Shown: piece by piece, positions 1 to 12,878 of the stretch
Numbering within the stretch: position 1 is the stretch's first letter
Layout: each line of letters opens with the position of its first letter
Origin: a virus
DNA length: 31,428 bases
Virus genome (UHGV): UHGV-0241329
Direction: 5' to 3' (one strand)
The notes under the pieces: generated by a model
Databases searched by the model: none
What the model saw: only the letters and a program-made list of their open reading frames with translations
What the model was told of the DNA's origin: nothing
Program-made: the position numbers and the translations under genes

Positions 1-147
1 TTATAACGAGTGTCGTCCACATTCAGCACTGAATTATCAGACGCCATCAGAGTTTGCAGCACGGTGGCGAAATGGAAAATGTGAAGGTAAACAAACCGAC
101 CTTACTAACTGACGGTTGTATCTAATCCTGGGGGCAGGTCAGAGGCT

Positions 148-363
148 ATGAAATCCATGGATAAGTTAACAACGGGCATTGCCTACGGCACCTCCGCAGG
201 CAGTGCTGGCTACTGGTTTTTACAGCTGCTCGATAAAGTCACGCCCTCACAGTGGGCAGCAATAGGTGTGCTGGGTAGCTTGGTATTTGGCCTGCTGACG
301 TACCTGACAAACCTTTATTTCAAGATTAAAGAAGATAAGCGCAAGGCTGCGAGAGGTGAATAA
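148..363 (+). CDS. S: Class II holin (pinholin, phage-21 S-type) with dual-start motif MKSM (71-aa antiholin / 68-aa holin)
   Basis: 71-aa ORF; recalled near-identity to phage 21 S / DLP12 EssD ([17 protein letters not shown]...[22 protein letters not shown]); Met1-Lys-Ser-Met4 dual start; stop overlaps endolysin start (TAATG at 361-365). Confidence 0.85.
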   Translation: MKSMDKLTTGIAYGTSAGSAGYWFLQLLDKVTPSQWAAIGVLGSLVFGLLTYLTNLYFKIKEDKRKAARGE

Positions 364-860
364 TGCCTCCATCATTACGAAAAGCCGTTGCTGCTGCTAT
401 TGGTGGCGGAGCAATTGCTATAGCATCAGTGTTAATCACTGGCCCAAGTGGTAACGATGGTCTGGAAGGTGTCAGCTACATACCATACAAAGATATCGTT
501 GGCGTATGGACTGTATGTCACGGGCATACAGGAAAAGACATCATTCCCGGTAAAACGTATACCGAAGCAGAATGCAAAACCCTCCTGAATAAAGACCTTG
601 CCACGGTAGCCAGACAAATTAACCCGTACATCAAAGTCGATATACCGGAAACAACGCGCGGCGCTCTTTACTCGTTCGTCTATAACGTGGGCGCAGGCAA
701 TTTCAGAACATCTACTCTTCTTCGCAAAATAAACCAGGGCGATATCAAGGGCGCATGTGACCAGCTACGTCGCTGGGCATACGCTGGCGGTAAGCAATGG
801 AAAGGCCTGATGACTCGTCGTGAGATTGAGCGTGAGGTCTGTTTGTGGGGGCAACAATGA
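363..860 (+). CDS. R: SAR endolysin (T4-lysozyme-like muramidase, R21/RrrD-type)
   Basis: 165-aa ORF directly after holin; Gly/Ala-rich N-terminal signal-anchor-release segment [20 protein letters not shown]; lysozyme core resembles R21. Confidence 0.85.
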   Translation: MPPSLRKAVAAAIGGGAIAIASVLITGPSGNDGLEGVSYIPYKDIVGVWTVCHGHTGKDIIPGKTYTEAECKTLLNKDLATVARQINPYIKVDIPETTRGALYSFVYNVGAGNFRTSTLLRKINQGDIKGACDQLRRWAYAGGKQWKGLMTRREIEREVCLWGQQ

Positions 861-1324
861 GCAGGGTAACCGCGATTATCTCCGCTCTGGTTATCTGCAT
901 CATCGTCTGCCTGTCATGGGCTGTTAATCATTACCGTGATAATGCAATCGCCTACAAAGAACAGCGCGATAACAAGGCCAGTGAACTGGAGAAGGCGAAC
1001 GCCACCATTACTGACATGCAGCAGCGCCAGCGTGATGCTGATGCACTCGATGATAAATACACGAAGGAGTTAGCTGATGCGAAAGCTGAAAATGATGCTC
1101 TTCGGCGCAAGCTTGATAATGGTGGTCGGGTGCTCGTCAAAGGAAAATGCCCTGTGCCATCCTCAGTCGAAACCTCCAGCGCCTCCGGCATGGGCAATGA
1201 TGCCACCGTCGAACTCTCTCCAGTTGCTGGACGAAACGTTCTCGGTATCCGGGACGGAATTATCCGCGACCAAACAGCACTGAGAACGCTTCAGGAATAC
1301 ATCAGGACGCAATGCCTTCGATGA
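857..1324 (+). CDS. Rz: Rz i-spanin
   Basis: Starts [31 protein letters not shown], as in lambda Rz; N-terminal TM segment plus coiled-coil periplasmic domain; overlaps endolysin 3' end. Confidence 0.85.
   Translation: MSRVTAIISALVICIIVCLSWAVNHYRDNAIAYKEQRDNKASELEKANATITDMQQRQRDADALDDKYTKELADAKAENDALRRKLDNGGRVLVKGKCPVPSSVETSSASGMGNDATVELSPVAGRNVLGIRDGIIRDQTALRTLQEYIRTQCLR
1077..1283 (+). CDS. Rz1: Rz1 o-spanin lipoprotein, embedded in +1 frame of Rz
   Basis: 68-aa ORF entirely inside Rz; lipoprotein signal with lipobox VVGC; proline-rich mature part ([14 protein letters not shown]). Confidence 0.8.
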   Translation: MRKLKMMLFGASLIMVVGCSSKENALCHPQSKPPAPPAWAMMPPSNSLQLLDETFSVSGTELSATKQH

Positions 1325-1498
1325 TAGCGATAATTTTACTCATCATCCTTCACATCTGGCTCTGTAGACAGGGTGGTGCTCACTTCTGGAGTGAATCCAG
1401 ATTAAACATCTCATTGCTGATGCTTGATATTGAGCATTTTGCGCGCGGTAAGGGGCTGCGTTGAGATAAGAGCCAGTCATTACAAATACCAGGATTTA

Positions 1499-1521
1499 GC
1501 CTCGCATTCGCGGGGCTTTTT
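1499..1521 (+). terminator. Putative intrinsic terminator downstream of lysis genes
   Basis: GCCTCGC-ATTC-GCGGGGC stem-loop (one G-U pair) followed by TTTTT. Confidence 0.45.
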
Positions 1522-1815
1522 ATTGCCATTACAAAAGCCACTTCCTACAGAGTGGCTTTGATAATGGCTTATACCCTACACGGGATAACTTAACTGATAT
1601 CCCTTTTAAAGGATAAAGGTATTCAAGCCTGACACATCATGCGCTGTATCGTCGCCGTATTCCCGTATTAACAGAGACCGTAGCCCGACGGGGAACTCCT
1701 TCTGCGCGAGTGTGTGGGAATAATCAAAAACGATGCACACCGGGGTTACCGGGTACACATATTTCATCATGCCAGCGAGTCCGGTTCTGGCACGGAAGAA
1801 ACCGGACGTTATGAT

Positions 1816-2241
1816 TTAGTGCGGAAATATTTGTGTAGTGTTCTGAATGTTCTCAGTAAAGAGTAATGAATTATCAAAGGTATAGTAATACCTTTTGTTT
1901 TCGTGGATATTTGTAATCCATCTGAAAACCCCTGCTGTAGCAAGATTTTTCCTGTATTCGTAAAATGATAACTCTCCTGATTTGAATCCTTTTAAGGTGG
2001 CTTCTATAAGGCATTTATTTTTTGAAAATCTTACATTTACAACCTTACCCTGTCCTTTTATTAAAACCGTATTATCGTTTTCAAGAACAAGATGAATATT
2101 CTCTGTGGCTAAATAGTAAATGTAATGTGAGACATTGTGACGTTTTAGTTCAGAATAAAACCAGTGATAGTTTAAATTATTTCGCACTTTATCGAATATT
2201 TGTTTAAAAATGGCAACCTGAGCCATTGTAGTACCTTCCAT
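1816..2241 (-). CDS. Hypothetical protein, visibly AT-rich moron between lysis cassette and cos
   Basis: 141-aa ORF on reverse strand, AT-rich relative to flanking phage genes; no motif recognised; true start may be the internal Met (MAQVAIF). Confidence 0.5.
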   Translation of the reverse strand: MEGTTMAQVAIFKQIFDKVRNNLNYHWFYSELKRHNVSHYIYYLATENIHLVLENDNTVLIKGQGKVVNVRFSKNKCLIEATLKGFKSGELSFYEYRKNLATAGVFRWITNIHENKRYYYTFDNSLLFTENIQNTTQIFPH

Positions 2242-2282
2242 GTGATATGAGGGGTGTAGTCTGCACGATTATCTAAATTGCT

Positions 2283-2516
2283 TCAATCTGGTCTGATCTG
2301 TTTTCTGAGCAATTCAGTAATGTCACTCTTTTCTTTGTTTGCTTCAGGAGAAACTCTTTTTTCTGAGCACAGTCTCCGGCGGCAGGCTTCAATGACCCAG
2401 GCTGAGAAATTCCCGGACCCTTTTTGATCAAGAGCGATGTTAATTTGTTCAATCATTGGGTTAGGAAAGCGGATGTTGCGGGTTGTTGTTCTGCGGGTTC
2501 TGTTCTTCGTTGACAT
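2283..2516 (-). CDS. ylcI: Small DNA-binding protein, YlcI/DUF3950-like
   Basis: 77-aa ORF; recalled close match to DLP12 YlcI (MSTKNRTRRTTTRNIRFPN.MIEQINIAL.QKGSGNFSAWVIEACRRRL); sits immediately upstream of cos. Confidence 0.6.
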   Translation of the reverse strand: MSTKNRTRRTTTRNIRFPNPMIEQINIALDQKGSGNFSAWVIEACRRRLCSEKRVSPEANKEKSDITELLRKQIRPD

Positions 2517-2689
2517 GAGGTTGTCCCGTATTCAGTGTCGCTGATTTGTATTGTCTGAAGTTGTTTTTACGTTAAGTTGATGCAGATCAATTAATATGAT
2601 ACCTGCGTCATAATTGATTATTTGACGTGGTTTGATGGCGTAGATGCACGTTGTGACATGCAGATGATAATTATTATCATTTTGCGGGT

Positions 2690-2900
2690 CCTTTCCGGCG
2701 ATCCGACAGGTTACGGGGCGGCGACCTCGCGGGTTTTCGCTATTTATGAAAATTTTCCGGTTTAAGGTGTTTCCGTTCTTCTTCGTCGTAACTTAATGTT
2801 TTTATTTAAAATACCCCCTGAAAAGAAAGGAAACGACAGGTGCTGAAAGCGAGCTTTTTGGCCTCTGTCGTTTCCTTTCTCTGTTTTTGTCCGTGGAATG
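2690..2900 (+). other. cos: Prophage cos site (cosQ-cosN-cosB); 12-nt cohesive end GGGCGGCGACCT at 2716..2727
   Basis: Sequence ...ATCCGACAGGTTACG/GGGCGGCGACCTCGCGGGTTTTCGCTATTTATGAAAATTTTCCGG... matches the recalled lambda cos ends; R-site-like motifs (CGTTTCC) continue up to Nu1. Confidence 0.9.
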
Positions 2901-2904
2901 AACA

Positions 2905-3424
2905 ATGGAAGTCAACAAAAAGCAGCTGGCTGACATTTTCGGTGCGAGTATCCGTACCATTCAGAACTGGCAGGAACAGGGAATGCCCGTTCTGCGAGGC
3001 GGTGGCAAGGGTAATGAGGTGCTTTATGACTCTGCCGCCGTCATAAAATGGTATGCCAAAAGGGATGCTGAAATTGAGAACGAAAAGCTGCGCCGGGAGG
3101 TTGAAGAACTGCGGCAGGCCAGCGAGGCAGATCTCCAGCCAGGGACTATTGAGTACGAACGCCATCGACTTACGCGTGCGCAGGCCGACGCACAGGAACT
3201 GAAGAATGCCAGAGACTCCGCTGAAGTGGTGGAAACCGCATTCTGTACTTTCGTGCTGTCGCGGATCGCAGGTGAAATTGCCAGTATTCTCGACGGGATC
3301 CCCCTGTCGGTGCAGCGGCGTTTTCCGGAACTGGAAAACCGACATGTTGATTTCCTGAAACGGGATATCATCAAAGCCATGAACAAAGCAGCCGCGCTGG
3401 ATGAACTGATACCGGGGTTGCTGA

Positions 3425-3450
<26 letters not shown>
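2905..3450 (+). CDS. Nu1: Terminase small subunit
   Basis: 181-aa ORF starting MEVNKKQLADIFGASIRTIQNWQEQGMPVLRGGGKGNEVLYD, recalled lambda gpNu1; directly downstream of cos. Confidence 0.95.
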
Positions 3451-7131
<3,681 letters not shown>

Positions 7132-7151
<20 letters not shown>

Positions 7152-8451
7152 TCTCCCGCATATTGCCAGTATGGCCTTTAATGAGCCGCTGATGCTTGAA
7201 CCCGCCTATGCGCGGGTTTTCTTTTGTGCGCTTGCAGGCCAGCTTGGGATCAGCCGCCTGACGGATGCGGTGTCCGGCGACAGCCTGACTGCCGGAGAGG
7301 CACCCGCGGCGCTGGCGTTATCCGTTGATGATGACGGACCACGACAGGCCCGCAGTTATCAGGTCATGAACGGCATCGCCGTGCTGCCGGTGTCCGGCAC
7401 GCTGGTCAGCCGGACGCGGGCGCTGCAGCCGTATTCGGGGATGACCGGTTACAACGGCATTATCGCCCGTCTGCAACAGGCTGCCAGCGATCCGATGGTG
7501 GACGGCATTCTGCTGGATATGGACACACCGGGCGGGATGGTGGCGGGAGCATTTGACTGTGCTGACATCATCGCCCGTGTGCGAGACATAAAACCGGTAT
7601 GGGCGCTGGCCAACGACATGAACTGCAGTGCAGGTCAGCTGCTTGCCAGCGCCGCCTCCCGGCGTCTGGTCACGCAGACCGCCCGGACAGGCTCCATCGG
7701 CGTCATGATGGCTCACAGTAATTACGGTGCTGCGCTGGAGAAACAGGGCGTGGAAATCACGCTGATTTACAGCGGCAGCCATAAGGTGGATGGCAACCCC
7801 TACAGCCATCTACCGGATGATGTCCGGGAAACACTGCAGTCCCGGATGGATGCAACCCGCCGGATGTTTGCACAGAAGGTGTCGGCATATACCGGCCTGT
7901 CCGTGCAGGCTGTGCTGGATACCGAGGCTGCAGTGTACAGCGGTCAGGAGGCCATTGATGCCGGACTGGCTGATGAACTTGTGAACAGTACCGATGCGAT
8001 CACCGTCATGCGTGATGCACTGGATGCACGTAAATCCCGTCTCTCAGGAGGGCGAATGACCAAAGAGACTCAATCAACAACTGTTTCAGCCACTGCTTCG
8101 CAGGCTGACGTTACTGGCGTGGTGCAAGCGACGGAGGGCGAGAACGCCAGCGCTGCGCAGCCGGACGTGAACGCGCAGATCACCGCAGCGGTTGCGGCAG
8201 AAAACAGTCGCATTATGGGGATCCTCAACTGTGAGGAGGCTCACGGACGCGAAGAACAGGCATGCGTGCTGGCCGAAACCCCCGGTATGACCGTGGAAAC
8301 GGCCCGCCGTATTCTGGCCGCAGCACCACAGAGTGCACAGGCGCGCAGTGACACTGCGCTGGATCGTCTGATGCAGGGGGCACCGGCACCGCTGGCTGCA
8401 GGTAACCCGGCATCTGATGCCGTTAACGATTTGCTGAACACACCAGTGTAA
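7132..8451 (+). CDS. C: Head maturation protease / scaffold C
   Basis: GTG start at 7132 preceded by GAGGAGGAG gives a 439-aa product beginning (M)SAELRNLPHIASMAFNEPLML, lambda gpC-like; overlaps B 3' end. Confidence 0.85.
7846..8451 (+). CDS. Nu3: Scaffolding protein Nu3, in-frame internal start within C
   Basis: ATG at 7846 in the C frame; 606 nt, same length and nested arrangement as lambda Nu3. Confidence 0.75.
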   Translation: MDATRRMFAQKVSAYTGLSVQAVLDTEAAVYSGQEAIDAGLADELVNSTDAITVMRDALDARKSRLSGGRMTKETQSTTVSATASQADVTGVVQATEGENASAAQPDVNAQITAAVAAENSRIMGILNCEEAHGREEQACVLAETPGMTVETARRILAAAPQSAQARSDTALDRLMQGAPAPLAAGNPASDAVNDLLNTPV

Positions 8452-8460
8452 GGGATGTTT

Positions 8461-8793
8461 ATGACGAGCAAAGAAACCTTTACCCATTACCAGCCGCTGG
8501 GCAACAGTGACCCGGCTCATACCGCAACCGCGCCCGGCGGGTTGAGTGCGAAAGCGCCTGCAATGACCCCGCTGATGCTGGACACCTCCACCCGTAAGCT
8601 GGTTGCGTGGGATGGCACCACCGACGGTGCTGCCGTTGGCATTCTTGCAGTTGCTGCTGACCAGACCAGCACCACACTGACGTTCTACAAGTCCGGCACG
8701 TTCCGTTATGAGGATGTGCTCTGGCCGGAGGCTGCCAGCGACGAGACGAAAAAACGGACCGCGTTTGCCGGAACGGCAATCAGCATCGTTTAA
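8461..8793 (+). CDS. D: Head decoration protein D
   Basis: 110-aa product [27 protein letters not shown]..., recalled lambda gpD. Confidence 0.95.
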   Translation: MTSKETFTHYQPLGNSDPAHTATAPGGLSAKAPAMTPLMLDTSTRKLVAWDGTTDGAAVGILAVAADQTSTTLTFYKSGTFRYEDVLWPEAASDETKKRTAFAGTAISIV

Positions 8794-8814
8794 CCTGACC
8801 CTTCATCACTAAAG

Positions 8815-8835
8815 GCCGCCTGTGCGGCTTTTTTT
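8815..8835 (+). terminator. Stem-loop with T-run between D and E
   Basis: GCCGC-CTGT-GCGGC followed by TTTTTTT. Confidence 0.4.
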
Positions 8836-8848
8836 ACGGGATTTTTTT

Positions 8849-9124
8849 ATGTCGATGTACACAACCGCCCAGCTGCTGGCGGCAAATGAGCAGAAATTTA
8901 AGTTTGATCCGCTGTTTCTGCGTCTCTTTTTCCGTGAGAGCTATCCCTTCACCACGGAGAAAGTCTATCTCTCACAAATTCCTGGACTGGTAAACATGGC
9001 GCTGTACGTTTCGCCAATTGTTTCCGGTGAGGTTATCCGTTCCCGTGGCGGCTCCACCTCTGAATTTACGCCGGGTTATGTCAAGCCGAAGCACTTAGCA
9101 TGGCTTTCTGAGGCTTTCGTGTAG
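8849..9124 (+). pseudogene. E: Major capsid protein E, 5' fragment (about 82 codons) truncated by the insertion and fused to 9 foreign codons (LAWLSEAFV)
   Basis: MSMYTTAQLLAANEQKFKFDPLFLRLFFRESYPFTTEKVYLSQIPGLVNMALYVSPIVSGEVIRSRGGSTSEFTPGYVKPKH matches recalled lambda gpE N-terminus, then diverges at 9094. Confidence 0.9.
9084..9093. repeat. attL core, AGCCGAAGCA (left copy of 10-bp direct repeat)
   Basis: Identical 10-mer at 9084..9093 and 20351..20360, exactly where lambda E homology stops and resumes. Confidence 0.8.
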
Positions 9125-9203
9125 TTGCTGGTTTTTACACTTAATCTTTTGATAATAAAGAATAAGTTTATCTGGCGCTTTCACTGAATTTTCCTCGTTA
9201 TCT

Positions 9204-9245
9204 GTGTGTTGCAATCATCTCTGTATTGCAGCTTGTATTGCTTTT
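9204..9245. repeat. Putative integrase arm-type sites (TGTATTGCA-like repeats) in attL arm
   Basis: TGTTGCAA / TGTATTGCA / TGTATTGC at 9207..9241; same motif twice near attR (20253..20273). Confidence 0.45.
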
Positions 9246-9256
9246 TGGGGCTAAAA

Positions 9257-10492
9257 ATGGCTGGCGAGAACAAACTGAGCGACAAAGCGCTTAAAGGATA
9301 TCTGGGGAAACCCAGAGAAAAGCAGATCACCATTGCTGATGGAAAGGGGCTTTCTATTCGTGTGAGTACTAAAGGGGCTGTGAGCTTTGTTTTCTTCTAC
9401 AGGTTAGCAGGTGGCCGGGCTGCTCCGGTCTGGCTAACGTTGGGTAAATATCCTGATATGTCACTCAAATAGGCAAGGGAAAAGCGCGACGAGTGCCGTG
9501 GTTGGTTGGTTGACAAACGTGATCCGCGTATCCAGATTAAGATTCAGGCTGAAGAACGCTTAAAGCCGGTCACAGTGGAGGATGCACTAAATTACTGGTA
9601 TGAAAATTACTGTAAGGTGCGTCGTAAAACTCATGCTGTAACGCTTGGCAGATTTCGAAAGCATATCTTTCCCTATATCGGTCATTTGCCCGTAAATGAC
9701 ACTCACCTATATGAATGGCTGGACTGTTTTGACCGAATTAAACGTAATGCACCAGTTATGGCGGCGTATGTTTTTTCTGACACTAAATTAGCTCTTCGTT
9801 TTTGTCGGGTACGCCAGTACGCGACGTGTGATGCTTTAAAGGATTTGCGCATGAGTGATGTGGGGCAGATTGCAGGTAAGCGGGATCGGGTTCTGGATGA
9901 AGCCGAACTGGGCCAGCTCTGGAAGGCAATTTTTGTCGAGCCTGATTTAAAACTAATGTCTGAATACACGCGAAAAATGTTTGTGCTTTGTACAGTATTT
10001 GGATGTCGAATGAGTGAAGCCCGATTATCTGAATGGAGCGAATGGGATCTCGAAAGTTGGGTTTGGACTGTACCAAAAGATCACTCAAAAACTGGTGTTG
10101 AAATCGTCAGACCAGTACCTGAAATTCTACGACAGTGGGTAACGGATGTTCACGAAGAGACAAAACATACTGGTTATGTGCTGGGAAGTCTGCGAATTAG
10201 AGAAAGCGTAAGCAAGATTGGGGGGAAAATCGGTAAACGTTTGGGCCATGAAAAACAATGGTCACTACACGACCTTAGAAGAACGCTATCTACTCATCTA
10301 AGTGATCTCGGTGTTGAATTTTATGTAGTAGAACAACTGTTAGGCCATGCGCTACCTGGCGTGGCAGGTGTTTACAACAGGAGTAAGTTTATGGCTAAAA
10401 AACTGGATGCTCTGGAACTCTGGACTACATATCTCAATAGCATCGCAGCTGCTGATTCAAAAGTGACAATCCTCAAACAAAAGGCTGGTTAA
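9257..10492 (+). pseudogene. int: Tyrosine integrase (P4-like family) interrupted by in-frame amber codon TAG at 9470..9472
   Basis: Two same-frame ORFs (9206..9472 and 9506..10492) separated only by TAG; N-terminal arm-binding-like domain; C-terminal catalytic motifs HDLRRT and LLGH..GVAGVYNRS. Confidence 0.8.
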
Positions 10493-10493
10493 C

Positions 10494-10721
10494 ATGAAAA
10501 AAATGGCAATTGTTGATAAAAAGGGTCTGGAGTACATTCCTAACATTGACCGAATGATCCGTGAGAAAGAATGTCGGGAGCTAACCACTCTTGCGAACAG
10601 CACACGCTGGAAGCTGGAGAAGGAAGGAAAATTTCCTAAGCGGATCAAGATTGGCGCTACTGCGGTAGCTTATCGTCTCTCCGAAGTTCAGGCATGGATT
10701 AAGGGAGAATGGAGTAATTAA
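10494..10721 (+). CDS. alpA: AlpA-family phage transcriptional regulator / excisionase-like HTH protein
   Basis: 75-aa ORF immediately after int; sequence resembles CP4-57 AlpA-type HTH proteins (LSEVQAWIKG-like C-terminus). Confidence 0.7.
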   Translation: MKKMAIVDKKGLEYIPNIDRMIREKECRELTTLANSTRWKLEKEGKFPKRIKIGATAVAYRLSEVQAWIKGEWSN

Positions 10722-10739
10722 ATAATAAGGTATTTCGAT

Positions 10740-11561
10740 ATGACAATGTGTGTTATTTGGAAGTCAGTTGATGGAACTATTTATGCCGCCACAGATTCTC
10801 GACTGAGCTTTGAAGAAAAAAAGTTAGATCGTTGCGTTAAAATATCCCGAATCACATGTCTTTTACATGAGCCTAGTGATGCAGTAGATACAAGTAAGAT
10901 ACTTGTTGATAAGCGTGAGATTGCTACATTATTCTGTGGAGGCTTTACAAATGCCTATATCATCAAGGAGAGCCTTACTGAGATTTTAAATAAAATAGTT
11001 CTCATGAGGGAATACTCCGGTGTGCCCTTTTCGGAAATTATAGATATAGCGTTTTCCATTTATGAAGATACATCAAGAGATATGTTTGCATCATTAATGG
11101 ACCAACGATTTGGATGTGTTTTTTACATGATAAGTTACTGCCCTGTATATAAGGAAATGCAAGCATTTAAATTTGAATTCAAAATAAATGAAAGCGGTAT
11201 TAACTATTATAAATCTAAACTTTTTGAAGATCGTAACTATGAGGTTAATGGAAGTGGGGTGAGGTACTTGGAACAAAATCATCGTATTGAAGATCTAGTT
11301 AAAGAAGCTTATCAGAAGAATAAATACACACCACTTCTAGATATACTTGAGTCCGTAATTAATGATGACGACTGTGACTCTGTTGGAGGTGCAATGCAAT
11401 ACATTTCATGTAATAAAGATAGTCTAAAATTGTGTTGTCATATGTTATTTGAAGAAAATAATTATAAGTATATGAAAGCTGGGGTGGACTTAAATGAACT
11501 CAATGAGAAGTTTATACCTTCTGGTTTGTTTTTTGAGACAGATGCAATCATCAAAAGATAA
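10740..11561 (+). CDS. Hypothetical protein, AT-rich cargo gene
   Basis: 273-aa ORF, visibly AT-rich; no motif recognised; N-terminus MTMCVIW... gives only a faint hint of an N-terminal Cys nucleophile. Confidence 0.55.
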   Translation: MTMCVIWKSVDGTIYAATDSRLSFEEKKLDRCVKISRITCLLHEPSDAVDTSKILVDKREIATLFCGGFTNAYIIKESLTEILNKIVLMREYSGVPFSEIIDIAFSIYEDTSRDMFASLMDQRFGCVFYMISYCPVYKEMQAFKFEFKINESGINYYKSKLFEDRNYEVNGSGVRYLEQNHRIEDLVKEAYQKNKYTPLLDILESVINDDDCDSVGGAMQYISCNKDSLKLCCHMLFEENNYKYMKAGVDLNELNEKFIPSGLFFETDAIIKR

Positions 11562-11866
11562 ACGATAACCGACTTTGATTGTGATAATTTTATCAAGATT
11601 ATGATGAATGCTGCAGTATATCTAACATGCTGCAGTTAACTCAATTTGTATTATCGCTAATATTTTTAATAACAAGGATGTTTATTGCTTTTTTATTTGA
11701 GAGTGAACGTCTAACCATTGTTGTTCTTAGTTCTCATGGAGAGATTGGAGCTTAAAATACGCAATGTTTTGAAATCAGCGCAACTATATTCCGTAATTGT
11801 TCTTTGTCGTTCTTGCGTGGCACGGTGATACACCTCTCATGTCGGTTGTTTTTTTGAACGCAGAAA

Positions 11867-11896
11867 CATAAAACAAAGGCGACCGGGATGGTCGCC
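11867..11896 (-). terminator. Intrinsic terminator downstream of the SWIM gene
   Basis: GGCGACC-GGGAT-GGTCGCC perfect 7-bp stem; on reverse strand followed by TTTGTTTTAT. Confidence 0.6.
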
Positions 11897-11964
11897 AGTG
11901 GCATAACACTAAAATTGAGCGTATTCAGAATACCAAGTGTCGGCTGGTGGACAATGGAATCAGT

Positions 11965-12321
11965 TCAATATTTAGGTGGTTCAACAAGAGCGTTTATCAT
12001 TGCTCTCAAATTATCGCGAACACTTATCCAAGTCTGTTCTGCTCGTTCTAACTCATTAGTGTACAGCTTTAATGTTTTATCTATGCCATATGTGGCTATT
12101 AAATTTATAGCTTCTTGTAACTTTTCGGGATTATTCCTTCTTGGGGGAGTGAATATACCGCGGATTTTTCCGGTAATTAAAGCTTTACGGTGTCTACATA
12201 GAATACCTTTACTTCCTGCTGGACAATTACAAGTCATGATTAGCGAGCCAGAATCGTTTGATACAGTGACTATGTATACATCCAAACTACTGCTACTTGT
12301 TGCGAAGAATTCGTATTTCAT
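11965..12321 (-). CDS. Small SWIM-type zinc-finger protein
   Basis: 118-aa ORF with CNC-x9-CRH (CxCx(n)CxH) motif; co-oriented 28 bp downstream of RHH gene. Confidence 0.55.
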   Translation of the reverse strand: MKYEFFATSSSSLDVYIVTVSNDSGSLIMTCNCPAGSKGILCRHRKALITGKIRGIFTPPRRNNPEKLQEAINLIATYGIDKTLKLYTNELERAEQTWISVRDNLRAMINALVEPPKY

Positions 12322-12348
12322 GTGTTAGCTCCTTGACTTCAATTATTC

Positions 12349-12543
12349 TTATCCTTTTGGTTCAATACCGCGCCGTAGCAGCTCTTTGCGCCCTAACTCT
12401 TTAAGCCAGTTGGCAAGGCTTACCCCATCGTTACTGGCTTCGTTATCAAACTGCTCCTTCAATTCAGGAACTATGCGCATATGGAACGGTGGGGCCTTTC
12501 CTGTGCCTTTTTGTTTTTTATCGCGCTTAATAACCGTTGACAT
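12349..12543 (-). CDS. Ribbon-helix-helix (Arc/CopG-like) DNA-binding protein, candidate element repressor
   Basis: 64-aa ORF; FHMRIVPELKEQF beta-strand followed by helices; start codon overlaps a palindromic operator. Confidence 0.5.
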   Translation of the reverse strand: MSTVIKRDKKQKGTGKAPPFHMRIVPELKEQFDNEASNDGVSLANWLKELGRKELLRRGIEPKG

Positions 12544-12600
12544 GTGTACACCTATAGCGTTATGTTTTTATTCGATAGGTGTACACCTTAACATGTGTGC
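12541..12600. promoter_or_regulatory. Divergent control region with palindromic operators
   Basis: GTGTACACCTAT (12544..12555) and its inverted copy ATAGGTGTACAC (12575..12586), each containing palindrome GTGTACAC; ACATGTGT repeated; TTGACA at 12537..12542. Confidence 0.5.
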
Positions 12601-12878
12601 ATTTAAAAACGCAACGCCCCGCAGTGCGGGAACACATGCAGGGCGTCTAACCACCAACGATAGCAACAGTATCGAGGTAGCTATGAGAAATCATACCACA
12701 CACCCGCAAGGGCGGGACTCGCACAACCTGAATAAATTCACTTGGCGCTTTATCGCCCTGAGTGCGGCTAAACCGCGCATGCTTACCATCGTGGTCACCA
12801 GCGAGCAGGAAGACCGCCAGCAATCCCCAACTGGCTGCGTGATGATATTCGCCGCCCGTATTCGTCAGGAGGTGTGCC

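Noticed and set aside
1781-1810. Hairpin GTCCGGTT-N12-AACCGGAC just 3' of the 141-aa reverse gene as a terminator
   Set aside because: No U-run follows on the transcribed strand, so it is not a convincing intrinsic terminator.
9060-9130. tRNA gene as integration target
   Set aside because: Both junctions lie within the lambda E coding sequence and no cloverleaf-like sequence was recognised by eye; not checked with a tRNA finder.
12612-12640. Nested GC-rich hairpin (ACGCCC...CCCGC-AGT-GCGGG...GGGCGT) as a terminator or small RNA
   Set aside because: No flanking T-run and no recognisable promoter; cannot be distinguished from a chance palindrome without expression data.
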